From Craspedostauros australis (Eukaryota): 39,258 bases of DNA. The translations under genes and the position numbers were made by a program. The notes below the pieces were generated by a model, which saw only the letters and a program-made list of their open reading frames with translations, was not told where the DNA came from and searched no databases. The stretch lies in contig JALAGF010004940.1 in assembly GCA_030167865.1 (NCBI GenBank), forward strand, positions 1-39,258. Direction: 5' to 3'. Positions 1 through 9,354 of the stretch are shown here, piece after piece (position 1 is the stretch's first letter; every line of letters begins with the position of its first letter).

Positions 1-350
1 TTGGGGACACAGCAACCAGTCCCCTCGCAGGGACAGCACCCTCGATCAATCACTTTCGTGAACCAATCCGAATCACGAATGAGTCACCTGAGGAAAAATT
101 CAAATGTCAGTATTGGGTCGTATTAGTCAATCGAGGAATCTGACTGGCATGTTTGGCGATAGACTCCGACAGAAATAACTCCATTTTCACTTTTTCCGAC
201 AACTCCCTGAGAGGTCACCGCTCTTGTGCTCTACAACTACTATTCTTCTTTATTTCCTGTCCTTTCTATTCCAGTTCACTGCATTGCATTCCATTCCATT
301 CCACTCCGTGTATAACCAACAACAACACACCGCTCCACAAGTCCACGTTG

Positions 351-1214
351 TCATGCAACATCCAACGAAATGCAACTCTCCTTCAGCTGCATGCCACGTT
401 GCCACGCCCACACTTCTTCATGAACATACCGATGTTCATCGCGCGACGACCAATCCGCGCAGGCCGCGTTCACATCCTCCAACCGCACATGATCCACATT
501 CTGTATCATCGCTTCCCATTGCATGGCATCGACCAACGATATCGCAATGCGCGGCACCGACAATCGCACGGGCGGCACCAGATCCACGATCGCGCAGATT
601 GTCGCGATGCAGACATCGTCAAAGGCGTGGCAGACGCCCACGACGTGCCGATCCAATGGATTGCCGTGCGCGTTGCATTGTCCTTGGAAGTTGCCGACCG
701 AACGGTGGTCTTCCAGGAATCGCGCGCCGAACGGCAGGGCGGGGTAGAGGTGGGTCGATGTCCAGTCGGTTATTCTTTCTGCTGTCGTCGAGTTGGGTTG
801 TTGCTGTTGCGAAGAAGTGTTCCACGGAACGATCACCTGGTCCAATTGCAGCATTTCTGCGTTCGAGGAAGTTTGGAGGATGCCCGATAATCGATCAAAT
901 TGTCGCTCCACGTCATCTGTCGTGCAGCATGGTTCGAATCGGCAGATCGTGCGGACGCATTGCTGCTGCTGCTGCTGCTGTGTCAGGATGTGTTCCAGTT
1001 GGGACACCGTCATGTCCATCCCTCGTTCCTGCTGTTGCTCTTGTTGCGCGTTCTCGCCATGGCTCGCTTCTTGATCGTTCGCTACGTTGTTCCTTGGTTT
1101 GGCAATCGCAGACAGGGCTGGTTGGAGCCGACTCAATGCGGGCTTCACTCTGTCGTAGAAGATTGGTCGCATGATGGGATGGGATGGGATGGGATGAGAT
1201 GAGATGGGATACAA
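351..1214 (-). CDS. Hypothetical protein (~270-290 aa; start uncertain)
   Basis: Long ORF with polyQ tracts and a globular-looking C-terminal half. The 5' end runs into a pentanucleotide microsatellite, so the true start or first exon is unclear; it may be the upstream ATG at 1333 via an intron I could not phase. Confidence 0.5.
   Translation of the reverse strand: MYPISSHPIPSHPIMRPIFYDRVKPALSRLQPALSAIAKPRNNVANDQEASHGENAQQEQQQERGMDMTVSQLEHILTQQQQQQQCVRTICRFEPCCTTDDVERQFDRLSGILQTSSNAEMLQLDQVIVPWNTSSQQQQPNSTTAERITDWTSTHLYPALPFGARFLEDHRSVGNFQGQCNAHGNPLDRHVVGVCHAFDDVCIATICAIVDLVPPVRLSVPRIAISLVDAMQWEAMIQNVDHVRLEDVNAACADWSSRDEHRYVHEEVWAWQRGMQLKESCISLDVA
1173..1210. repeat. (GATGG/GATGA)n pentanucleotide microsatellite
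   Basis: gatgggatgggatgggatgggatgagatgagatgggat read directly. Confidence 0.9.
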
Positions 1215-1434
1215 AGGAATGCATGCGATAGCACCTTCGACGACAAAAGCGTATGCTTCGTTCCATCCAAATCTTTGGATCTTGTGTGTTCAGCGATGTT
1301 GGTGTTGACGTTGTTGGCGTTTTCGTCGGTCATGTGTGCATCCGCCAGAAATGACGAAGGTTCAGTCGATGTTGTCGGCAGTTTTGGAATCTGGTCTGTT
1401 GTGTGCCAGACGGATGCGATGGGTCTGGCGCTAG

Positions 1435-1484
1435 TGCCTCAAAGAGCCGGCTGTAACCAAAAAAATTGGTTACAGTTGGTTACA
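1435..1484. repeat. Left bipartite terminal inverted repeat
   Basis: 16-bp outer TIR, 10-bp spacer (ctgtaaccaa), and 24-bp inner repeat aaaaattggttacagttggttaca (1461-1484), which is the reverse complement of 5153-5176 with one mismatch. Confidence 0.9.
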
Positions 1485-1928
1485 AGAAAAATGTCGTGTA
1501 GATCGTGGTACACATTCTACGCAAGTCCCGAACAAAAACAGGCCAAAAAACAGCATAAACCAAAGTTAAGCTCTCCGCGCTAAGCTCGTATGGGTCATAC
1601 TGTACTCGTATTTCCAATATAGCATCACATAGCGTTTATATATAGAATACTGAAGTTTGGTGGCTGTTGCTCTCTTGCTCGGTGAGCATTGATGTGATCC
1701 GTCAAGCACCCCAATCATTCACGAATGCGTTCAGGCAATCGAGACGTGTTTGGGCACCACAGACACGTTTGGACTCGTCACACACATCATCTCCGCTTCC
1801 CCACCTCACAATTTTGTTCATGATGCATTGCCAACACCTCGGTAAGAGACAACAGCACAGTCAAATCAATCAATTGATGCCCTCTTCAGATGCATACGGA
1901 TCATATTGTATAACAGTGTATTTATGGA

Positions 1929-4574
1929 TTATTGTGCATTTCCCTCGTCGCTCGTGGCATGTGTGTGGAAGCATGTGCGGGTGTCCCCTTTTTTTGGAAC
2001 TGCTGGGCAGCACCACACGAGCGATCCAGGCGCAGATGATGGGCAATGTTCGCACATGAAGCAGACAACCTTCTTGCAGATGACACATCTTCCTCGTGCC
2101 GATCTCTGTCCTTGCTTCAAGCGCCCATTGGTGTCCTTATAGACATTTGATAGCTGTTTCTGTGCTTTCACCAGGTGGTGATGGCCGATTCGGTGTGGTG
2201 ATTGTTTCTGTTGCTGTTGCTGTTGTGGTTGGCTGTTGTTGGTCGCGCTGTCGTTTGGCTCGTTGGATGCTTTCGCCCCATCGTCCACGGCATCGTTGGC
2301 ATGCCCTTGTGGCAGAATAGATGTGGTTTCCAGACACCGCGGCATGTCATGTTCCTTGTTGAAGATCATGTCCTCTGCGAGCATGTTGATGAAAGTTCGC
2401 AGGGTGACCTGTTTGTGCCTGTGCCGAGACCCGAGATGATACGTGTACGCCTTCATTGCATCCACGACAGTGAGGGCGAACAATGTTGTAACCAGGCGGA
2501 AATACCCGTCCTTTGTCACCCAGATCCTCTCGAGTCCCAACACATCTTGGCGGACATGATTGTGCGTGTCCACGGCATTGCACGCACCAAAATACTTACT
2601 CGCCACCTCGGGTCTTGGGACCTCCTTCATTTGATGCCCGCGTTCGTCGTCGATCCATCTCGCGATGTAGGGTGTGGATGCCCCCAAATGTCCTGATCCA
2701 GAGGAGAACACAAATGGAATCACTGAATTGCGCGAGTACTTGTATCCCAGGGCGTGTATTTCTGTTGCAGCATCATCACAATTGACATCCCCATCGTCAC
2801 GGTTGCGTTTCAGAAGCAGCTGTGTTCCGGAGGGCCAATCGCTCATCTTTTCTTGGAGAAACTTGAGAGGGAAGCCGGCGGACGAGGTTTTGATGATTCC
2901 GATGAATCCAGAATTTGCCTTCGCAGCGATCTCCGAGCACGTCTGCACAGAGGCAAACCATGAATCTCCAATGAAAATGCTTCTTGGGAAGGAAAACTCT
3001 GACGTGTCGATGTGAATGTTGTTTCGACCCATGTCATGCGTCGCGAGAGCCATGCGCAGAGAACAGGCAACAGTTGCTTTCCTGCAATCTCTCACGTGAT
3101 CGGCCTGATCCATCTCTCGCTTTCCGCGTTGAATCTCCAAATGAAGCATGATACCGGTTTCGCCATCAGCAACGGTTTTAAACTCCACCCCAAGTGGTTC
3201 CGGCTTGCGTGGAATGTGTGTCAGATGTGGAAGGTTTCCAGTGGGCGTCAGACAAGGCTTATACGCAGTCATGCTTTCGTCCATGACTTTTACCTGGCCC
3301 GGAATGATCGTGTCACAACGACGTTTGTTGAATAACTCCACCCCAGGTTGAATTTGCCACCACTTATCACTGTGTTGCCTGGCCGGGTCAGAGAACAAGT
3401 AAGGGATGAAGTGTTCGCGGATGTGTTTGAATTGGTGGAAAGGCATGTGCTTCGTGAGATCCCTTACCTCACAGAACCCTTCACTCATCCGGTCACCCCA
3501 GAGCTTCGTGGTGGATTCCAGCTTGCCCACGAGCATGATCCCAAAAAACACCCACAATTCGCGCTCTGATACAGGGTGTTCGTTGCACCGGCCGCCAACA
3601 TCAATTACACCTGCATTGATTTGCCTGTTGAGAGCGTCGATTTGTCGCTTCCAATCACCTGGCCACAGATGTTGAACCAGTCCCAGCAGGTTGATGCGGT
3701 CACGGTTGGTGTCATCTTGCACACATCTCTTGCCAAAGTCAAAATCTGCGACGCCGACCTTGGTTTGGGGCTCTTCGCCACACTGTTGGATCGAATCGTC
3801 ATCAACTACTGTCCATGACACTGCATGCTTCTGCTTGCCAACTGTGACTGTAGTATTCATCAATTCATGCTTCTCCTCCATGTGTGAGTATCCTGCTGGC
3901 TCTTGTTCGCGTAGCATGACGTAGTCGAATTTGTCGCCCGTGAGCAAATTGCCTGTGCTCGAGTCAAAGGTGCCTTGGAGGTTATCTGTTGCATCATCGT
4001 CGCCGCAAACCAAGATTCCTGGTGCAGACTCATCCGTGTTTCGGTTGGAGATGTCCATGGCCGAGCCATGGCTGGTTGATGTACTGTTGGGAGGGGAGAA
4101 GACATTGGCGCTTTGCGAATAAGACTCGTCACTGAACGTTGATGTGGCACGGCAGAGGTTGTGGTACTGCGAAGTCTTGTAGTGTTTATCTAGCTCTGCT
4201 GATCCTCTCCCAACACTCTGCATGCGGATGAGCTCCTCAACACAGCTGCTGTCCAATTCAACTCGCGTCTTGTCAAGTACAGTCAGCTTGGTTCCTGCAT
4301 GTTCACACACTGCGTTGATGGAACGCCAGTGTACAACCCAGTGATTCTTGGGGAGGGACTTGAGGACGACACCATAAAGGACGCTTCGGACCTTGCCCTT
4401 GCTGTTTCCAGAGGTCACAAGAGGTCCACAGGGACTCGATACGTGGCTTCCAGGGCGGATCTTCATGGTGCGATGTTCAGTGGAGANTAGATAGAGAGGA
4501 GGGCGATGTCGGTTGGGGTAGAGAAAAGCTGGTGCTGCACCTGTTGTTGGTGTTGCATCTGTTGCTGTTGCCAT
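1929..4574 (-). CDS. piggyBac-like (PGBD / DDE_Tnp_1_7-type) transposase, 881 aa
   Basis: Catalytic-type motifs VMDESM, FIGDSWFAS and NAVDTHNH, plus PRKPEPLGVEFK. C-terminal Cys-rich domain CVICKK..CFMCEHC...CC...CFHTH. The single N (4487) lies in codon NTC, which cannot be a stop. Confidence 0.93.
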   Translation of the reverse strand: MATATDATPTTGAAPAFLYPNRHRPPLYLXSTEHRTMKIRPGSHVSSPCGPLVTSGNSKGKVRSVLYGVVLKSLPKNHWVVHWRSINAVCEHAGTKLTVLDKTRVELDSSCVEELIRMQSVGRGSAELDKHYKTSQYHNLCRATSTFSDESYSQSANVFSPPNSTSTSHGSAMDISNRNTDESAPGILVCGDDDATDNLQGTFDSSTGNLLTGDKFDYVMLREQEPAGYSHMEEKHELMNTTVTVGKQKHAVSWTVVDDDSIQQCGEEPQTKVGVADFDFGKRCVQDDTNRDRINLLGLVQHLWPGDWKRQIDALNRQINAGVIDVGGRCNEHPVSERELWVFFGIMLVGKLESTTKLWGDRMSEGFCEVRDLTKHMPFHQFKHIREHFIPYLFSDPARQHSDKWWQIQPGVELFNKRRCDTIIPGQVKVMDESMTAYKPCLTPTGNLPHLTHIPRKPEPLGVEFKTVADGETGIMLHLEIQRGKREMDQADHVRDCRKATVACSLRMALATHDMGRNNIHIDTSEFSFPRSIFIGDSWFASVQTCSEIAAKANSGFIGIIKTSSAGFPLKFLQEKMSDWPSGTQLLLKRNRDDGDVNCDDAATEIHALGYKYSRNSVIPFVFSSGSGHLGASTPYIARWIDDERGHQMKEVPRPEVASKYFGACNAVDTHNHVRQDVLGLERIWVTKDGYFRLVTTLFALTVVDAMKAYTYHLGSRHRHKQVTLRTFINMLAEDMIFNKEHDMPRCLETTSILPQGHANDAVDDGAKASNEPNDSATNNSQPQQQQQQKQSPHRIGHHHLVKAQKQLSNVYKDTNGRLKQGQRSARGRCVICKKVVCFMCEHCPSSAPGSLVWCCPAVPKKGDTRTCFHTHATSDEGNAQ

Positions 4575-4601
4575 GGTCGCAGTCGTGTTGCTGAGTCCTC
4601 C

Positions 4602-4615
4602 TCATGACGTCATGA
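4602..4615. promoter_or_regulatory. Perfect 14-bp palindrome TCATGACGTCATGA (CRE/bZIP-type core) just upstream of the transposase ATG
   Basis: Palindrome is seen directly 28-41 nt upstream of 4574; its regulatory role is inferred. Confidence 0.35.
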
Positions 4616-5142
4616 TGACACGAAGAACGGAAATTAATTTTCAGACATGCTTCCGAGAGTGGATCCGAGTGGTCAAACAGCATTCCGATTGTCATGGGAG
4701 CACTAAACGCGAGCATACCAACACACCATGGCAATCCAACAATGCATATACCATATTATTGTGACCGCCTTGGAGAGAAGATTCTGAAATGATATCTATT
4801 GTGCAGATTGAACCAAAGACCGCTCAGCGCGGAGACTTCAAAGATGGAGGGTCGAATTTCTCGAAAAAAGAGGCAAGATCCTACCGGACTCCTGTAGAAT
4901 CCTACGTGTAACCAACTGTAACCAATGAGATAAAAAAAATCCGGTCTGTCCGTCGTCCGAAGGAAAAACCACACCAATGGGGTCAACAAACACTAAAAGA
5001 TCGACTAGATAGTAGTAACAACAAGATATTGTTATTGCTTGCCTGGATAGCCCTGGCTCTTAAGTTTATGTATATGCAAAGAGATATTCGATTGAGTGTC
5101 TATAAAACGAAGGCGGAGTTTGGGAAAAACTGATCCAAAATC

Positions 5143-5197
5143 TGTAACCAATTGTAACCAATTGTAACCAATTTTTGGGGTCCGGCTCTTTGAGGCA
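5143..5197. repeat. Right bipartite terminal inverted repeat with 3 tandem TGTAACCAAT units
   Basis: tgtaaccaa at 5143, 5153 and 5163, then a 5-bp spacer (ggggt) and the 16-bp outer TIR. Two more tgtaaccaa units lie at 4907 and 4917. Confidence 0.9.
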
Positions 5198-5516
5198 CTA
5201 GTCGTAAGTATGTATGACCTCGTTCAGGGTTCTTATGGAGTCAATTACGGATTCTAAAGATAAGCCCTTAGATCATCTTATTATGGTGTAGATAGTATAT
5301 TTTGTGAATTTATAGACTCCAGGGCCTTATGCAGGAACGGGAGTCACACGTACATGTCGCAGGAGGCAGTAATGTTGGACTTGTGACCAGCATCACGATA
5401 CTCGATACTACGGCCCCTATGCCGCAACGAACAAGGAAGGAACATGCAGAACAGACCAACAACACGAAGTGTGAGATGGCTTGTGAACGGATCCCTGATG
5501 ATAAACCAGTGAAGGA

Positions 5517-6335
5517 TTGGTGAAGTATCGGAGAGGTATTGGAGAAGTGTTGGTGAGGACCGGAGATGTTTCAGAAAGAGAAACCAAAGGAGGGACTAAA
5601 CAAGCTGTTCACGTGAAACATGGAGACTGTGATCCAATTGAATGGAACAAGTTGGATGATGCCTGTGACTTGGCAATGTCTATGCCAACAAAACTATCAG
5701 AGGCAAGCCAACGTGATGAGTGTACAAACATTGGGAAGTTGGTGGGGCATGTATGTCCATGATGAATTCAAGATGAATGCAAGATGAATGCATGCTAGAC
5801 CAATGGATGGACCCATGGAGATCTCAGGAAGAGATCTAACTTTGAAAGTTGAGAGCCATGAAGAGCTCACAGTTCAGAGAAGTAGATTCTAACAAACAAA
5901 TAGTTTTCTACTATCATTGCCACCCTGGATTTCCAACAGACTGGATCCAGAAGCAGGAGTAATGGATGCAGATGCACAAGTGTCAATATCCTGATGCCAA
6001 AGCATGGGCCAGAGAGACGGCGAGGTGGATATGGAAGGTGCCCTGGGAGGTGTGGCTGGCAAGTAACGCTAAGGTCCATGATGAAGAGCAACACCTGACA
6101 GTGCAGGACCTGCGCAAGCAGGTTTGCCACCTGACGCAAGGCGCGAGAGGGACATGAATGATTCGGAGCTACATCTGCTTCAAAAATACCACGGTATCGA
6201 GTTTGGTACGGAGGAACAGATGAAGCAATGGGTGGATTCCGTGATCGCCATTCATGTGGCGGTTAAAGCACGGTGACGATCGCGAACGACGCAAGGCGAG
6301 AGGCGAGCAATGGCGTCGTGGTTGGGGCTGGGCTG
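5517..6335 (+). pseudogene. Degenerate 3' portion of a non-LTR (LINE-like) retrotransposon ORF
   Basis: Interrupted translation gives ...IEWNKLDDA...CP*...DWIQKQE*W...AKAWARETARWIWKVPWEVWLASNAKVH...QMKQWVDSV...ERRAMASWL. This W-rich pattern resembles the C-terminus of diatom non-LTR elements as I recall it. Stops and frameshifts are present, and no RT domain is visible. Confidence 0.55.
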
Positions 6336-6425
6336 AACAGGGACACCTGAAAGCTCGCTCAAGGCATGGTCCTACAGGGCCTGCGGCGGCGAGGGTAAAG
6401 CCCTGATGGCACATTTCTAATGTAA

Positions 6426-9354
6426 TCACTGAGTTATTATTGCTTCCAGCTTCTTTTCGATCTTGGCTTCAACTTCTGCCACAAGTCTTTGAAGCACCTG
6501 TTCTTGATCTTCCTTTGCAACATACTTGAATACCATTTCTTCAATCTCTTCCATGAAGGCAGCCTCCATCACGTCGTAGCGTTCTCTGCCCAATGCATCG
6601 GCGACAGCACGATCACCAACAACTCTTTCTCTTTCGGCCGCAGCAATATCGGCTTGGCTCATCGTTTCATCCACAGGGCTTTCTGGTCGGTTCGCTACGC
6701 AGTAAACACACTCATCACCAAACGGAATTCGGAGGAGCTTGTGAAAGATCCCCGTCCTTGGTGTTGCGGATGTCTTCGTTGGAAATCTGCCGACCGGTTG
6801 TGTGATCCTTTGCCTGGATGCAGATGGTGACGAGCTTGAGGTTCTCCCACATGATCTTGTTGCCGTCCTCCTTCTTTTGAGCAACCACGACGGACACGTA
6901 TCCGTCTGCCAAGTTGCTGTTGCCTTCTGCGACGCTTGCGATTGGAGGGTGGAACACCTGCGTCCCTTCCTCCAGCGTTGGGTTTGTCTTGATGGCGTTT
7001 CGCAGGTCCCAGAGTCCCTTGAGGTAATCCTTGTCAATGGTCAGCGTTGCTTCGTCACTATGCAGGAGAGGGGCATACTTCCAGAGTACGCCAGTGTTGA
7101 TGAAGGGATCAGGATTGTTGCATTCGACCCCCCAACCTTCCAGATCCTCCCAGTAGGTTTGGTTCTGTGGCTGCTGGTGAGGGCTGCGTTGTGGTTGTGG
7201 TCGCCCCAATGACAACTGCATGGGTGACTTCTGAAGGTACATGCCCTTCATGGCAAACTCTGATGGAAAAGCAACAGGGTACCATCCGTCAAGCCCTTCC
7301 CATGAGTCTTCTATGCCCTTGTCCACGAATAGAGATGTGACAGCATCACCATCTCTCACTTCCGATGCGTACATCGCAGCGCCATCCTCGAGCATCGATT
7401 TCAGACCCTTTCGATCTTCTGGTTCAACGGTCGTGGCTGCTGCTATCACACTGGAGAGGAATTGGACTGCGAGTGCTTCATATGCGAATGGTGTCGTCCC
7501 CAAGGCTTCATCGGCATGTGCCAGGACTTTTCCGCCAGCGATCATCCAGCTACAGAGCCGCTGCATGGCAGGGTCCATGAGGAAAGGGTACATCTCAACT
7601 TCCCTGTTCTCCTGTTCTGCCCGTCTGGAGAGATCCGCGAATGATTGGATTGTCAGGAGGCCAAACTTGCCAAGGAGATCGTCTTTGTCGACGTAGTGCT
7701 CATCAAAGTGTTGGAAGCGGATGGCATCTTTCAGAGCCTTCTCTCGAACGACATGGGGAGCGTCACCAGGATACACCGTGATCTTTTTCTGGAAGAGGAG
7801 GGCAGCGTAAGCGCTTGCCGCAACCTGTAAGCGAAAGTGTGGCAAATCCCACACGGACGATATGCCGTTGGTCACGCAGAAGTACACAAAAACAGTTGTG
7901 ATGATCTTGGCTTGATGGCGGGGATCACCATATGAGAAGTTTGTGGTTGCAAGGTGGAACACCAAGGCAGAGGTCATTCTTGAGTTGTGGTGGACGATAT
8001 CGTTGAGGAGGGGATATTCTGGAAGCTGTTGAAAGGGTGGAAATTTGTGCGACTTGCCTGGATACTCTTCACAGAGAACGTTGTAGACGTCTTCAGCCTT
8101 TCTTTTGGCGATTGGTTGAAGTTGCTCGAAGTTCTTATGCACGGTTCCTTCCATGTCACCATGGAGGCTTGTCCCTGCAATGGAGAACACCACCTGCAGT
8201 GATTCCTTCTGCGTCTTCTTCCAGTTGTCCTCATCGTCACGGTTTTCGCTTTCGTCTGGGTTGTTGCATCCCATCATGATGAATGCAGCAAGATCCTGAC
8301 CAAGATCTTGGTAGTTGCGGATGATCTCATTGGCGAGGTTGGGTTGTGATCCTGCTTCATCGATGGCGACGACGATTCGCACCTTGTCTTCCTTGGTGTT
8401 GCGGTCCTTGATCATTTGAGCGATCTCGACAAAAAGAGCTCGGGTGCCCTTGTCTTGATCCACGAGCTTGTCAATGGTTGTCTTGAGACTGATTCGTGCT
8501 TCGCCTTGTCGCTTATCGCCCCACGCAGCAGTAGGAATGTCTTTGGGGACATCCAGTTGGATGGAGAAGGCAGCATCTCTCGAGTACGCGCTCGCTGCGA
8601 GCTCGGCTGTCTTGCCACTCCCGCTGGCAGAGCAGTACAGCAACACCAGGTCGCAGTCTGCCGCGTCAGTTGCCTTTTCCATGTACAGCTTCTTTGGCGA
8701 TCTTCCATGTCTGGCTTGATGTCGGAACTGAGGGTTGCCGAGGTAGAAGACCTGGCGAGAAGAATACGAATCGCCGTGTCCAGTGGAAACTTTCACTTGA
8801 TGGAGTCTTTCTGTTGTTTCGTCACGGATGGCTTGGTTCAACTTGTTGATGATGACATCTTGGAGTGATGCTGGTGAGCCTTCGTTGAGGGGTGGGAGTC
8901 CTGTGAATGATTGGCGGGCAAACTCGATGTTGTTGACGTTGCAGAACCAATGATGAAGCGTGGGTGGGGTTCTGCCTTCAGACCGACTTTCCGCTTCGTG
9001 ACGCACTTTTTGTTGGTACTCTGTGTCTTTGAACATCGGGGTGTACACGAGTCGCGAGTAGACCACTGACTCGGCAGGAGTGAGATCAAAGCCTCGATCT
9101 GTCAATTGTTGTTCAAGCTCCGTCGTGGTCCATTTGTCATCCCAGAACCAGGCATTTTCGAATACCGATTCCCATGGAGGAGGTGATACTGTGCCAGATC
9201 CGTTGGAGAGAGGCTTGGCGACAGTTGCTGCAAGTACGCTGGGTTGCTTTTCGTCCCGTGAAGAGCCGGAAGAGGAACCCAGTGGGGGAGGTTTCTGCTC
9301 GTTGTCCTCTGCAACTTTCTTGCTGCTCTTGCGCTTGTTCTTCTTCCTCCCCAT
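6426..9354 (-). CDS. P-loop NTPase + PD-(D/E)XK-like nuclease protein (Crinkler/RHS-type-like), copy A. A +1 frameshift at 6750-6753 gives 879 aa as written, or 975 aa if repaired.
   Basis: Walker A SASGSGKT, Walker B IVVAIDEAG, and NLADGY...ICIQAK. CCCC here versus CCT in copy B shifts the frame; homology to copy B continues in the 6426..7037 ORF frame. Confidence 0.75.

Larger units (their letters stand above)
1435..5197 (-). mobile_element. Full-length piggyBac-superfamily DNA transposon (~3.76 kb) flanked by CTAG
   Basis: Perfect 16-bp inverted termini TGCCTCAAAGAGCCGG (1435-1450) and CCGGCTCTTTGAGGCA (5182-5197). CTAG lies on both sides (1431-1434, 5198-5201). Internal inverted repeats and a single long transposase ORF lie inside. 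Confidence 0.92.

Noticed and set aside
925-945. GGTTCGAATC as a tRNA T-loop (also GGTTCGAA at 9901 and 14935)
   Set aside because: No flanking T-stem, cloverleaf or A-box; the hits lie within coding or duplicated sequence
153-1174. Plus-strand ORFs of 245 and 316 aa
   Set aside because: Antisense shadows of the minus-strand gene; non-ATG starts and no protein-like composition
1150-1234. 85-nt GT-AG intron joining ORF 1333-1235 to the downstream gene
   Set aside because: Splicing at these sites enters the short 913..1266 frame rather than the 287-aa frame, so I could not build a consistent model
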